A stretch of 33,020 nt of DNA from Paraphysomonas bandaiensis (taxonomy: Eukaryota > Protista > Chrysophyceae). Both the position numbers and the translations under genes were made by a program. The stretch's first letter is position 1. Each line of letters starts with the position of its first letter. Below, piece by piece: positions 12,346-22,994 of the stretch. Below the pieces are notes generated by a model. That model did not search any database. It worked only from the letters and a program-made list of their open reading frames with translations, and had not been told where the DNA came from. The stretch is from positions 1 through 33,020 of the forward strand of contig CBFFRP010000003.1 in the NCBI GenBank assembly GCA_965644295.1, written 5' to 3'.

Positions 12346-13449
12346 ATGGCAGATTCTCAGGAAGCACTAGATGTTGTACCAACGAATGAACCACCTCCCC
12401 AAATGGTCTGGAATTATCATTCCTGGATCACATTTCTAAAATGCTTATTGAGTTTGACTCGTTACGATAGGCCGTGGAACTTCGTAGTTGATATAACCAG
12501 TAAACGACAATCTGTTGTAGAGAAATGGAGTCAAACCTCCAAACTCGAATGTTTACAACACCCGAAGGTTCCCGAACTTCAGAAGAAAATGGCGAAGGTT
12601 TGCGAGCTCATGGAGAAGTATAAAGAAACCACGGAATTCCACGTTGTACTGAAAGAAGATCTCTCCATATCGGGACGAGCCCTCAGATGTCTTTCACAAT
12701 GGGATCATGAGGAATTCCTTCGATTATTTTACAAAAGCATTGGCAACTTGGTGAGCGACCAAGGGAACCATTCACTTTGATGACGGAAGATGATAAACCC
12801 GATGAGAGGGATTATACCAAGCAACAGTATAGGGAAAGTTTATACTTGATATGTATATATGACGACTGATTGGTGCCGTTTCTTGAAGAAGTTGAAATTC
12901 TCTTTCCCGATTTTCAGCGCGCTCTCGAGCTTGAGCCATATTACAATGGTGAGTAATAATAAGTGGTATTCATGATACCGGTAGAACACAATATGAAGAG
13001 AGTTACGATATAATTGTTGAAATCGTATGGCTCAAGCTCGAGAGCGCGCTGAAAAACGGGAAAGAGAATTTCAACTTCTTCAAGAAACGGCACCAAGTAG
13101 ATCGAAGAAAAAGAAACAAGAATATGAAGATTTATATGGAAAGCGACAGTCCAGGCGAGACAAAGCAGCTAATAAGTTGCTGTGACTATGTCATCGTCAG
13201 CAAGGTCATCGTCACAAGACATCGACGTTATTATGTTATTATAAAGTCGTCTGCAGACCAACTGAATGAAGCCGTTTAGTTTTCGCTGGAGCGAATAAGT
13301 GCTTCAAGTATGGCAGCAGTCCCTGCTTCATGTGAACCCGAGCCGACTTATTTGAGAGACTACAGCGCCTGGATGAAAATACTGATCTAAAGATGACAAA
13401 GAGTGAGTACGAGACTCAAAGAAGGCGTATAATGGATGCATATTTCTAG
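12346..13449 (+). pseudogene. Harbinger ORF1-like (putative Myb/SANT DNA-binding) protein, disrupted
   Basis: W.Y.SWITFLKCLL...PW......VVEKW.....L......ELQKKM Trp spacing. Charged coiled-coil fragments continue in shifted frames (AQARERAEKREREFQLLQE; KSEYETQRRRIMDAYF*). Convergent with the transposase. Confidence 0.55.
12870..13096. repeat. 71-bp inverted repeat (12870-12940 / 13026-13096), 1 mismatch, 85-nt spacer
   Basis: TTGGTGCCGTTTCTTGAAGAAGTTGAAATTCTC...GAGCCATA is the reverse complement of TATGGCTC...GAGAATTTCAACTTCTTCAAGAAACGGCACCAA. Confidence 0.97.
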
Positions 13450-13870
13450 TTGTTATATCTGCTCAAGATTACTCTCAAATTTACGAGAATCTTCTCATGC
13501 GGATGTAGTTGTAGCAATGTAGCTTATACTGCTATTTCTGTGGATATTTAACTCTTATAGCAATTTAATAAAATTAGCGTCTTTTCTGTACTTACTTGTT
13601 TTATATATAACAATGTTACTTTTAGTATCTTTTATCCGCCTACAAACCTGGTAAAATCACTTTACCTCATTTTATCATCACATCGAGGACTAATGTCAGT
13701 ATATTGTTAATTAACCAACACATTATTAGTAAATAGTTTTTCACATCAGCTAATTAATTAATGACAGGCAGCTACACTCAAAGGATCCACATGTAATAAT
13801 AGAGCAAATGCGAAATATTAATATTGATATTCTTCGCTAATATTAATTAATTAATATTGATAAAATTAAT

Positions 13871-15169
13871 TCACCTATTGATGTCGTCATTCCATTCAAA
13901 CGATAAATACTCTTGCAATGTTGGTGGTGACAAATCAAACATCTGGGCAATATCGCTACCATTAAGAGCAACATAGCAATTCGTTAGCCAAACTAAATTC
14001 AAATAATGTCTACCTACAGGGCGAAGTATTACTTTCGCGGCGTCATTGTAGTCAGCAAATTTCCATAAAACGATGATCATGCCAAAGAAAATTTTTATTG
14101 CACACCATACGCTGCGAAGGGGTCTAATGCTGCGGGAACGACATACCACCTGCTACTTCTCGGGGTAGCTCGAATGTGAGAATTATCATTAAATAATCGG
14201 CCTCCATACGCCCAATACTGTATCGGCTGGCCCAATTGTGCATTGCAGAGGTCGCCATTAGCACCATAATCTCGGACGTACACATGATCCGGATCTCGAC
14301 CAGGTAGCGGCCCTGCAGTATAGCAGCATATACCTAAATTTTGTTGGATTATATATGTAGTCAACATATCTATCACACATACCAGTAGGATCTACTAACG
14401 AGAGATAACCTACACAGCGGGTGCCTGAATAACCACAATATGAGCTCGCTTCGATATCAATATCCACTGGCTCCGTCTAGTGCCAGTGCCATCTATGAGA
14501 AGTGCCATGCAAACTGCATCGCGTGGGAGCGTTTGGTCGTTTCCAATTTTATTTATCACTCGGCGCCGAATGGCATTGTTGAATTCAGGAAATCTAGCAG
14601 ATGCTCTACGCAGATCATTACGGACATGATGCCCACATTGTTCATGCAGGTAATTGGAAGCAAAGTTGAATGCACGACATACCACGGACTCATCTCCCCA
14701 GCCATCAAGGGACATTTTGAAAAACGTACCGGCAGTAGCACAACGAAATAACAAGACCAAAAACGCCATTTCACGATGATAAAGGTTGCGTGAGCTTTCA
14801 TCAATCACCACCCATTCCGGAAGATTATAAACACCAAGCCCCGTAAACAGTTTTCGTAGCTGACCCTTTCGAAATCTCAAGAGTTTGTAGCAATCATTAT
14901 CGTCAAATGAATTGATTGTGTAACTTCTGTGGAACCGATTGCAATGGGAAGTGGTAAACCCACCGCAGGTTTTCCCTCTACATGTAGCAGCAGAGGAATA
15001 GTACAGAGAACAAGAATTGGTCCCTTTCTGATTGTGAGGTAACTGACATGATCAAAAATAACGCGGCTGCATTGGTATTCCAACTTAATTGTTGCATTTC
15101 ACGTCTAGTAATCGACTCATGCCGACGACGTTTCGAAGTATATTTAGCTGGTCTCCGTTCCACTCTCAT
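13871..15169 (-). pseudogene. Harbinger/HARBI1-like DDE transposase (DDE_Tnp_4), frameshifted
   Basis: Fragments in several frames: FDDNDCYKLLRFRKGQL, LVLLFRCAT, LLIDGT (first catalytic D), YCGYSGTRCVGYLSLVDPTGM, GPLPGRDPD and LVWLTNCYVALNGSDIAQMFDLSPPTLQEYL. In-frame stop at 14978. Confidence 0.85.
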
Positions 15170-15596
15170 ATAGTAATTTCGATGAAGTCTACATGTAGTG
15201 CATTAAATAAGGCCTAAAGAGTGAGATAGTACATACAGAATACTTACATATAAGCTTTTGTCCTTGATTACTTGGACTATTTGGCTATGCACCCTTGAGA
15301 CAAATGTGCAGTAGTTTCGGTGAAATCGCTGGGGGATAGATTAAGAAACTCCCAAAGAGTACAGAAATACCCACTAATGTCAAGATTTCTCACAACTAGT
15401 TATGGATAATGACTTCTTTACAGACACAAGATCGACATACTTTGAGCTGAGATTGGAACCTATCAAACTAATCGAATAGAACTCAGACAAGTATGACCCA
15501 ATGAATAAATCCGTGTCTTAATTAAAGAATGTCATGTTCGATTGCATATATAACACATCACTTCATCATAATGATCATCAATGAAGAGCTTTATCA

Positions 15597-15748
15597 TGCG
15601 TATTAGCAGTCGGTATCTTATGTTTCGGAAATAAATTGAAGCAAAATTACTCTATATAATCTACATACAACTACGGATGGAATACAGATAATTGTTGTCT
15701 CAATATTAGAGGAATCTTGGAACAAAAATATACAAAGGATGCTGATAT
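15597..15748 (+). repeat. ~150-bp dispersed repeat, copy 3 (right flank of Harbinger-like element)
   Basis: Same core; ends TGCGTATTAGCA ... TGCTGATA. Confidence 0.85.
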
Positions 15749-15750
15749 AT

Positions 15751-15877
15751 CAGGGGATGGTCGATATTATCGATTTGTTCATCGTTTATTGAAAAGTCAT
15801 CATTTTGTCAGTGAAAAGTGAAAAAAAGTTACTTTTCCAAGAAAAAACGATGATTTTTAATGAAATAAACGATAAAC
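15751..15877. repeat. Imperfect palindrome, probable foldback/MITE remnant abutting repeat copy 3
   Basis: ATCGTTTATT...TCATCATTTT...GAAAAGT / ACTTTTC...AAAACGATGA...AATAAACGAT nested inverted arms; starts CAGGGGATGG. Confidence 0.5.
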
Positions 15878-16248
15878 TGTACATGTATACACGCTGTCCA
15901 CCTTCTAGACTATTTTGTGTGGAGGTATTGTATTCTATATCTAAATATGGCGTTTTTTGTAATACAATTTAATTTTGTACCACAAAAATCAATGGTTTAT
16001 AGTAGTAGTTATTCACAGACTTGGCCTAACGTATAAAAACACTATGCATATACAGGCAGCACTGTCACTGTGTGTACGTATGTACACCACTGCTCTGTAT
16101 ATATACAGTACCACTATAACCGTATCATATAACAGTAATGACTATATGCAAACATACATTCATATTAAAGCATATTATGCATTCATTTAAGAACAACTTA
16201 TCATTCTATAATTATTAATAGTCATCTACAAAATTGTTTAGTGTTAGA

Positions 16249-18398
16249 ATGCATAAACCTCAAGTAGTACAAAGCAAAAAGGCAAGAAAACAGTATGGTC
16301 GTAACTCTATAGAGCCATCAGCTGATAGTAAAGATGAAGTTATGCATGAAACATATTCATATGAAGAAACTAAACAAATACATATGAATAATACTGTATA
16401 TACACCTGATAAAAATGTATCAATGGAAAGTATAACTGATAAGAGGCGAAATAAAACTGTACGTTTTGATTCATCGATTAACTCTCCGAAAACATCGACT
16501 CCTACTACTCCAACATCAGCTCCTGCTACTCCAACACCTGCCCCTGCTACTCCAACATCAGCCCCTGCTACTCCAACACCTGCCCCTGCTACTCCAACAT
16601 CAGCCCCTGCTACTCCAACACCTGCCCCTGCTACTCCAACATCAGCTCCTGCTACTCCAGCACCTGTCCCTGCTACTCCAACATCAGCCCCTGTTACCCC
16701 TAAACGTACTCCCACCCCAAAGAAACAAATGAATAGTAGTGGAAAGAAGTCGAAATCTCCTTCTTCTGCAAGTAAACGACTATCTAATTATAATGCACAA
16801 TGCAACATTTCGAACGAAAATCAACAAGTTCATATATATGTTGCTCTGTCTGCACTTGTGTTCCTCATAATACTTTTGGGGGACAGCTGGTTCGTGGAAT
16901 TATATAACACTATGTCCTATCAGCACAAAGACGCTACTAGCATTGCACCATATATGCAGCACCTACCTCGTGGACGGTTTACTGATGAGCGCATCCTGAC
17001 TACACGAATACTGACACCAGTTGACGGTGAGCTCACTACATCATCGGAGCTGCAGTGGGAAGCGGATGGGATGGTTTTTGTGGCGGCTGGGGATGTGCGT
17101 CGAGATATCTATTTGAGAGTACGACTTGATGGCCAGGAGGTTACGTTTCCTGATGGCAATAACTTTACGATGCAGATTTCGGGCAAGGTATGGACAATTA
17201 TCTCCGCTCATAATATTGCTACTACGTATGGTCTTATATTCAATGAGTTTAGGTCGACTTGTCGTGCGATCTATCCAAACATGGACTTCACACGACTGGT
17301 GCACACGAAGTTGATGTGGAGGTCATAATAAGTAAGTAGAAGTTTTAATGTGTGTGCGAAATGCATATGTGTGTGGTGATGCATATGTAGACTCATAAGT
17401 GTAATATGTAGTTCCTGTTGAGGAAGACCATTACTACAGGATGTCTGATTCTGGCCAGAAGTTGCTGTGGGCTACCGCCAACTCAACATTTTATTACATC
17501 TCACCTGATGGGGATGACGGATTAGTACCTCCAAAGACTGAAACCGGAACGATACAAGATATGGATGTTTCAAATCGGGACCATTTACTTGAGAGTAATA
17601 GAGTTGATGGAGAGGCCGCAGGAGCGTCGTCTGGAGTCAACAGACTAGACCAACTGCGTACAGATATAGATCACGCTATATTTGCGCAGGAGACTGTATT
17701 GGCAGACAGTAGCACCGGTCCAGATATTGAACGACCCGTAGACGCTGCATCTGAACACCCTTCTGCAATTCCCGAAAAGGAGATTGGGGATCCGCAAATG
17801 AAAGGTCTAGCGGCAGCAAAATTACTGTACCTCAAGGATGATGGTTGCGACGAATCTAGTGGTAACACACTAAATATTGCGTTGGCGCTCAATGAAAGGT
17901 TAACCCGTAATATTGAAACAATAGCAGAGCTAAGTTTTTCCTGATATGTAGAATATTTACTATGGGAAGGGATGAGGCAAGGCAAGGACAATACGAATTT
18001 GGGAAAGTTCTTTTGAGTATTGACGGAGAGTCCTTCGATATTTCAGACATTGTACACGAGCAGGTAACATGGATACATTTGTGTCTGCTGAGAACATGAA
18101 ACTTGTATATAGACACATACGGTAGATTTCCTGTCATCTGAGTCTGCGAAATTGAGGTACGATAATATATCACCCGAAAACAGCAAGAGGTTTAAGGAAG
18201 TACTTCTTTCACTTGGGGGCGCAGAGATGGGAACAGCTCATTATATTCAGGTGTCTACTATCCATATTATGTATCTTTGAATTTATGTTGATATCTACAT
18301 AGGTTTATGTTTGTAGCAACCGCCTGAAAGATGCCCCAGACTCAGCATGTGTTGATAACTCCCATGCCTGGGATGCCATTGTATCTATGTGTGGTTAA
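16249..18398 (+). CDS. Uncharacterised multi-exon single-pass (probably type II) membrane protein with Pro/Ala/Thr repeats
   Basis: Basic N-terminus, PATPT(S/P)A heptads and hydrophobic segment IYVALSALVFLIILLG. Downstream exons are bounded by GT/AG; last exon reads VYVCSNR...AIVSMCG*. Confidence 0.6.
16501..16700 (+). repeat. Coding 21-bp minisatellite (about 9 units) encoding PATPTSA/PATPTPA
   Basis: CCTGCTACTCCAACA(TCA/CCT)GC(C/T) tandem units that alternate, giving a 42-bp higher-order period. Confidence 0.95.
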
Positions 18399-18938
18399 TG
18401 TTAAATGTGACATGGTCTGATGTATGCGTTCAAATTATCCGGTAATAGTAAATCTGGTTAATTTACAGCATAATTACTTTAATGACACAGCTTAGTCACG
18501 TTGGTGTTTGTTCTGAAGCCATATAAAACTGAAAATCTAGTAAATTACTATTGCGTGTGTATGTCGTGATGTTGTAGCTGATATATAATATGATTCATGT
18601 ACACATATACATCCCTTTGTATCTTCTGTAAACGTAGGCGTTTAATTACATAGAGAATATTCAGCTGACCAGAACAGCAGCGGCACTCATACACATCAAA
18701 ATGTGTATTACGTCAACTATTGACACAAATTGTATGAAAGTAGAAGGCAGCTTCACGCAAAGAATAAGGAATACTAATCACTTCTTACATGTGACCAGTG
18801 AGCCAAGATAATCAAGTGATATTGAAATACATTACTAGCTATTCATTAATGTTATCATCACAGATACTCGACACATTTGAGTGATAAAATTATACAATTT
18901 TGATTTTTCCAGCCACATTCCAGGTCAACATATCATAT

Positions 18939-19313
18939 TTAGCTTTCCAATCGAGAATTCAATTCCTTAATAGTATTTTCTAAGTCCATCTTCTCCTTTC
19001 GAAGCTGCTCGCATTCTGCCTTCAGTGCCTCCACATCAACTCCTGCAGGGGCACCCATATATCGTTTGATATAGTCGACTGCATTCTGAGGTCTTTCTGG
19101 TTCTTCATAGAGTCCAACAAGAACTGAACCATATGTGACATAGAGATAACGAAGAACTTCATCTATATTACACACCTTTCGTGAAAGCATCAATCACGCC
19201 ACTCTTTTCAAGATACTTTCTGAACTCTTGTTTCTTTGACTCAGGAGTCTTATGAAAACAATTACAACAAAAGGAATAACTTAGATAGATTTCATTACCT
19301 GATAAGATGCCAT
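18939..19313 (-). CDS. MYCBP: c-Myc-binding protein (AMY-1) homologue; exons 19299-19313, 19176-19248, 18939-19123
   Basis: Spliced MASYQTPESKKQEFRKYLEKSGVIDAFTKVLVGLYEEPERPQNAVDYIKRYMGA...VEALKAECEQLR, the hallmark MYCBP sequence. Confidence 0.92.
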
Positions 19314-19969
19314 GATACTTAAAATGTATATATATCACGAATTCTGAATGTTTAATTTGCAAGAATGTTGTAATGCATTGCAATCAAACAGTGTATTAAC
19401 TGTTACTGCAAACTGTATGCATGTATGTCTGTATGCATGTATGTATGTGTGTGTGTCTTGTTGCGTTTCACATTTCAGTTAAAAAAAAATAGTAGAAAAC
19501 TTGTAGAAATCTTTGACGGACATTTTCAGGTATTTTTGTTTGTAGTGGACTATTTTTTGAAGTGTTGAAAATTGAAATTCAAAACTGAATTTTTTTTGGT
19601 GTATACACGAAACTCCTACTGCTGTATACTGGCTGTATTTTCTTGGATATTTGTGAGGATATCCATATATAGTGTGTTGCTACAGAGGCACACCCCACAG
19701 CGAGAGGTCAGGAGATTTTAAGATAGAAATATTCTAGTATGATGCTCTCATGCAGAGAGTAAAAGCAAATATATCTAATACAATACATTATGGAGGCTTA
19801 AAGTATGAAAATATACGTATCCATATCGATATACAGTATATTGCATATACCGGTATACAATAATATACGCGTACTTCTATTTGTGTATGCGAATTTGTGG
19901 TAGTGTGTTTCAATAAGTACGCTATACAGAGATACACACCACATACATATACCACTATCCTCTATACAT

Positions 19970-20135
19970 ACTGTACCTCTCTATATGTATATGTACCTGT
20001 ATACTGTATGTATGTACCTCTCTCTCTCTTTATGTACCTATATGCTGTACCTCTCTCTCTCTATGTACCTATATATATACCTCCCTCCCTCCTTGTATAT
20101 ATGTACCACTCTATAGATGTATGTACATGTATGTA
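19970..20135. repeat. Degenerate low-complexity array of (TA)TGTACC(T) motifs with CT runs upstream of the cyclin-like gene
   Basis: TGTACC recurs about 7 times within 160 bp. Confidence 0.6.
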
Positions 20136-20303
20136 TATATCCATTAATAACAACACACTTGAATGATTCACATCTTCATGTAACTAAAACCAAATCAATC
20201 TAATCAATTCATCATCATTATCACTACAGAATACATCCTTCTAATACTAACAAGAGTGTCTTCAGCCCTCTAAAGGGTCTCTATTCAAACTATAGTCTAA
20301 AGT

Positions 20304-22994
20304 ATGGAAAACACTGTAGATACCAGTCTAAATGATCTATTCGATGCCATACATATTCAAAGTAAATCAAGTATTGAAAGATTAAAAGATTGGGCAATAA
20401 AACATCCGGAATCACACTTACAGTTACAGAAGATGTTTATGGAGGTATGTATATATGAGTTCTACATACTCTACTCATATATATATATATATACACAGTC
20501 AACTACATCGCTTTCTGCTCTTAGGCGTGTCAGTTTATTCAGTTCACTCTATGAATTAATGCATATTCCCCATTATGGCAGTATGTGGGTTGAAATTATA
20601 CGAAAGGTTTCGTTGTGTGAACACATCTTTATGTTATTTATTGGATATATATGTAGATTGGACCTCGTTTAGTATGTAAGCAAGAGGCTGCATACAAAAA
20701 TATATTGTGTAAGGTACTGTGATATATTTCTAGTTTACTCACTTGATTTATCACCTGCAGATTATCGACAAGTTAATCCCTAGAAAAGTGCTTTTGTCGA
20801 GCACTGCAGCGCAGTGGAAGGAATGGGTTCAAAACCCTACAGAAATTCCGGCGGAAGTTCTTAAGGAGGAAGGACGTATATGTGCAGTAGTTACCCCATC
20901 TTCCATGTCTTCGTCTGTTCATGATCCCTTAACTCCACTGAATTCAACACCTCAAAATGAGATGGCTGGTACTCTTTCCCGGTCATCTGACCTACCGACT
21001 CCCCGCTTAATTGACATGATTGATTCGTATATGTCACGTGCTTTCAGTTGCCTTATTCCCAATAAAGTGACCCCTCCTGCGCGCCTGTGGAGAACAGATG
21101 ATAGTGCGCTCGGCTCTCCCGTATCCACTAGCATAGGTGACTATTTCGTGACGACGTGTGCATACTTTCTCCTCCTGAGATGTAAGTTTGGAGAAATGAC
21201 GTTTGGACTATCAGAAATGCGGGCAACTATATGGAAGCGAGTCTGGAGTGACCCCTTGGTCCCATCGCCTGTAGTTGAAGATCTGGAGTGGGTGGCTGAG
21301 AGTGTTGGACTCGTTTGTATGTTTGTGGCGGGAAAGGTGAGTATCAGTAGCTTATAACTCATGTTTGTGACTAGATATTGTAGTTGGAGTCATGTCGGTA
21401 CTACGATCTTGAGTCACTCCTGCGGTACGCATTCTCAGTACGGCGCTCGGGCGTATCAGTGTACGGAGGTGGCTATAACGAGCTACGTTCTCGTGTGGTT
21501 TCTCTTGAAATGGATTTACTGGAGCAACTCTTGTTTAATGTTCATGAGGTGCCTGTTCCAATAAAGGTGGGAGTATCTCGTATAGGACTAATCAGTTTTA
21601 AAATTATATGCTTCGTTAGAAATGTGTAGTGACCAATGCATTTATTATCTTTGCAGTGTGTTGTGGATTGGTCAATTGCTGGTGAAATCCCTGTGGACAC
21701 TGCTAAACGAGCTGCAAATCTTCTTGCCAGTCAAGTGTATATTAAAGCCTTTTTAGGCACTACACTGTTGAGGAAAACCACCACCACCCCTCCGCTTTTA
21801 CCATTTGGACCGGGAAACATGTCGGAGAAAGTCATCGCGCTTACTTTTGTGATCGCATCGGTATGACAGCAATATTTTCGTGGTCGCTATATTATGCGGT
21901 GTATGGTATCACGTGCATGTATAGAGCATCTGATGACGAAGAGTGCTGTTTAATACAACATTCTTGTGCAGGTGTCACAACATCTTTTTACTTTGGATGG
22001 AGCAGAAGATCTCCCTGCAAACGACATAAAGGAAAATCTCTTTTTGGCGCTTGTGCCATTCCCAGCGGTCTCACGAGATGAATCTCATGCCACAGAAGGT
22101 ACATTAAATTATCTGCTTTGGTGCCCCTCAATTTAACCAACACGCTGTTATTTTGATGAAATACATGTTTATGCTTAGTAGTGTATGGTCAGTGTCTCAT
22201 ATTATCGCAATGTAGTTGCTCTAGAGTTGCTGTTTCAAACAGCGTCCGACAAGGTAGATGTACATCGTCGAGCTGTGATTCTAGTAAAAGGTCTGGTGCA
22301 CTATTCTCGTCAGCATGTACCTCCTTTCATTGTGAAAGAATACACGACATTCTTGCGAAACTGCCACCGTAAGAACGATGCGGATAAGGTGGGTACGGAT
22401 ACAGATAGTTGCCTGAAACAGTCTGTGAAAGAAGATGATTCCAAGACATTCCATTGTACCAAAACTGTAGAGGATGAAAAACGTACTGGTGAAGATATCG
22501 AGTTGCACCCAAGAAGTGAATCTTATTCCGGCAAGGAAGGAGAGAAAGACGAGGACGCTTCGGAACGAAATCATAACGCGGAAAAAAGAAAGCGAGATAA
22601 GAAAAGGAAAAAACGTAAACGTGATACATATTCCCCGGAAAGGAAGCATGATCGCAAGAAACGGACCAAGAAATCGAAAAGGCGGTCAGAGGCGTCCATT
22701 GAGGGTATGAATAGGGGAACTGACCACAGGAAGCATAGTAGGCGACATCGTCGCGATCACAGTAATCGAGAGAGTTGCAGGTCACCTATTGCCAGTGGTA
22801 TCGTCTACACAGAGCATCGCATGAGAGTCTATGGGACTGGCGATCACTGGTGCAATAATGCATCTTGTGAGTTTGGAGATGTTTTCGTTATCGATAGCAC
22901 CAGTGATCATGATAATAGCCATAACTTTCCCTCGCCACGAGTGAGGTTGAGCACTTTCGTGGACAATGTATCGGCCTTTTCAGGCGGGAAATAG
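20304..22994 (+). CDS. Multi-exon transcription-type cyclin-like protein with CID-like N-terminus and Lys/Arg/Ser-rich tail
   Basis: Cyclin-box-like VGLVCMFVAGK..E...ELRSRVVSLEMDLLEQLLFNVH. N-terminal QSKSSIERLKDWAIKH...RRVSLFSSLYELMH resembles a CID. Tail KRKRDKKRKKRKRDTYSPERK. Confidence 0.6.

Larger units (their letters stand above)
12346..15169. mobile_element. Decayed PIF/Harbinger-type DNA transposon (two convergent ORFs); true termini uncertain, possibly 12087-15748
   Basis: Harbinger DDE nuclease on the minus strand facing a Myb/SANT-like ORF on the plus strand, both disrupted. Confidence 0.8.

Noticed and set aside
16501-16700. Possible CRISPR-like array
   Set aside because: Contiguous tandem units with no unique spacers, in frame within a eukaryotic gene; no cas genes.
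16260-16732. Antisense GVAGAD ORF and alternative-frame LLLQH ORF
   Set aside because: Shadows of the 21-bp coding minisatellite.
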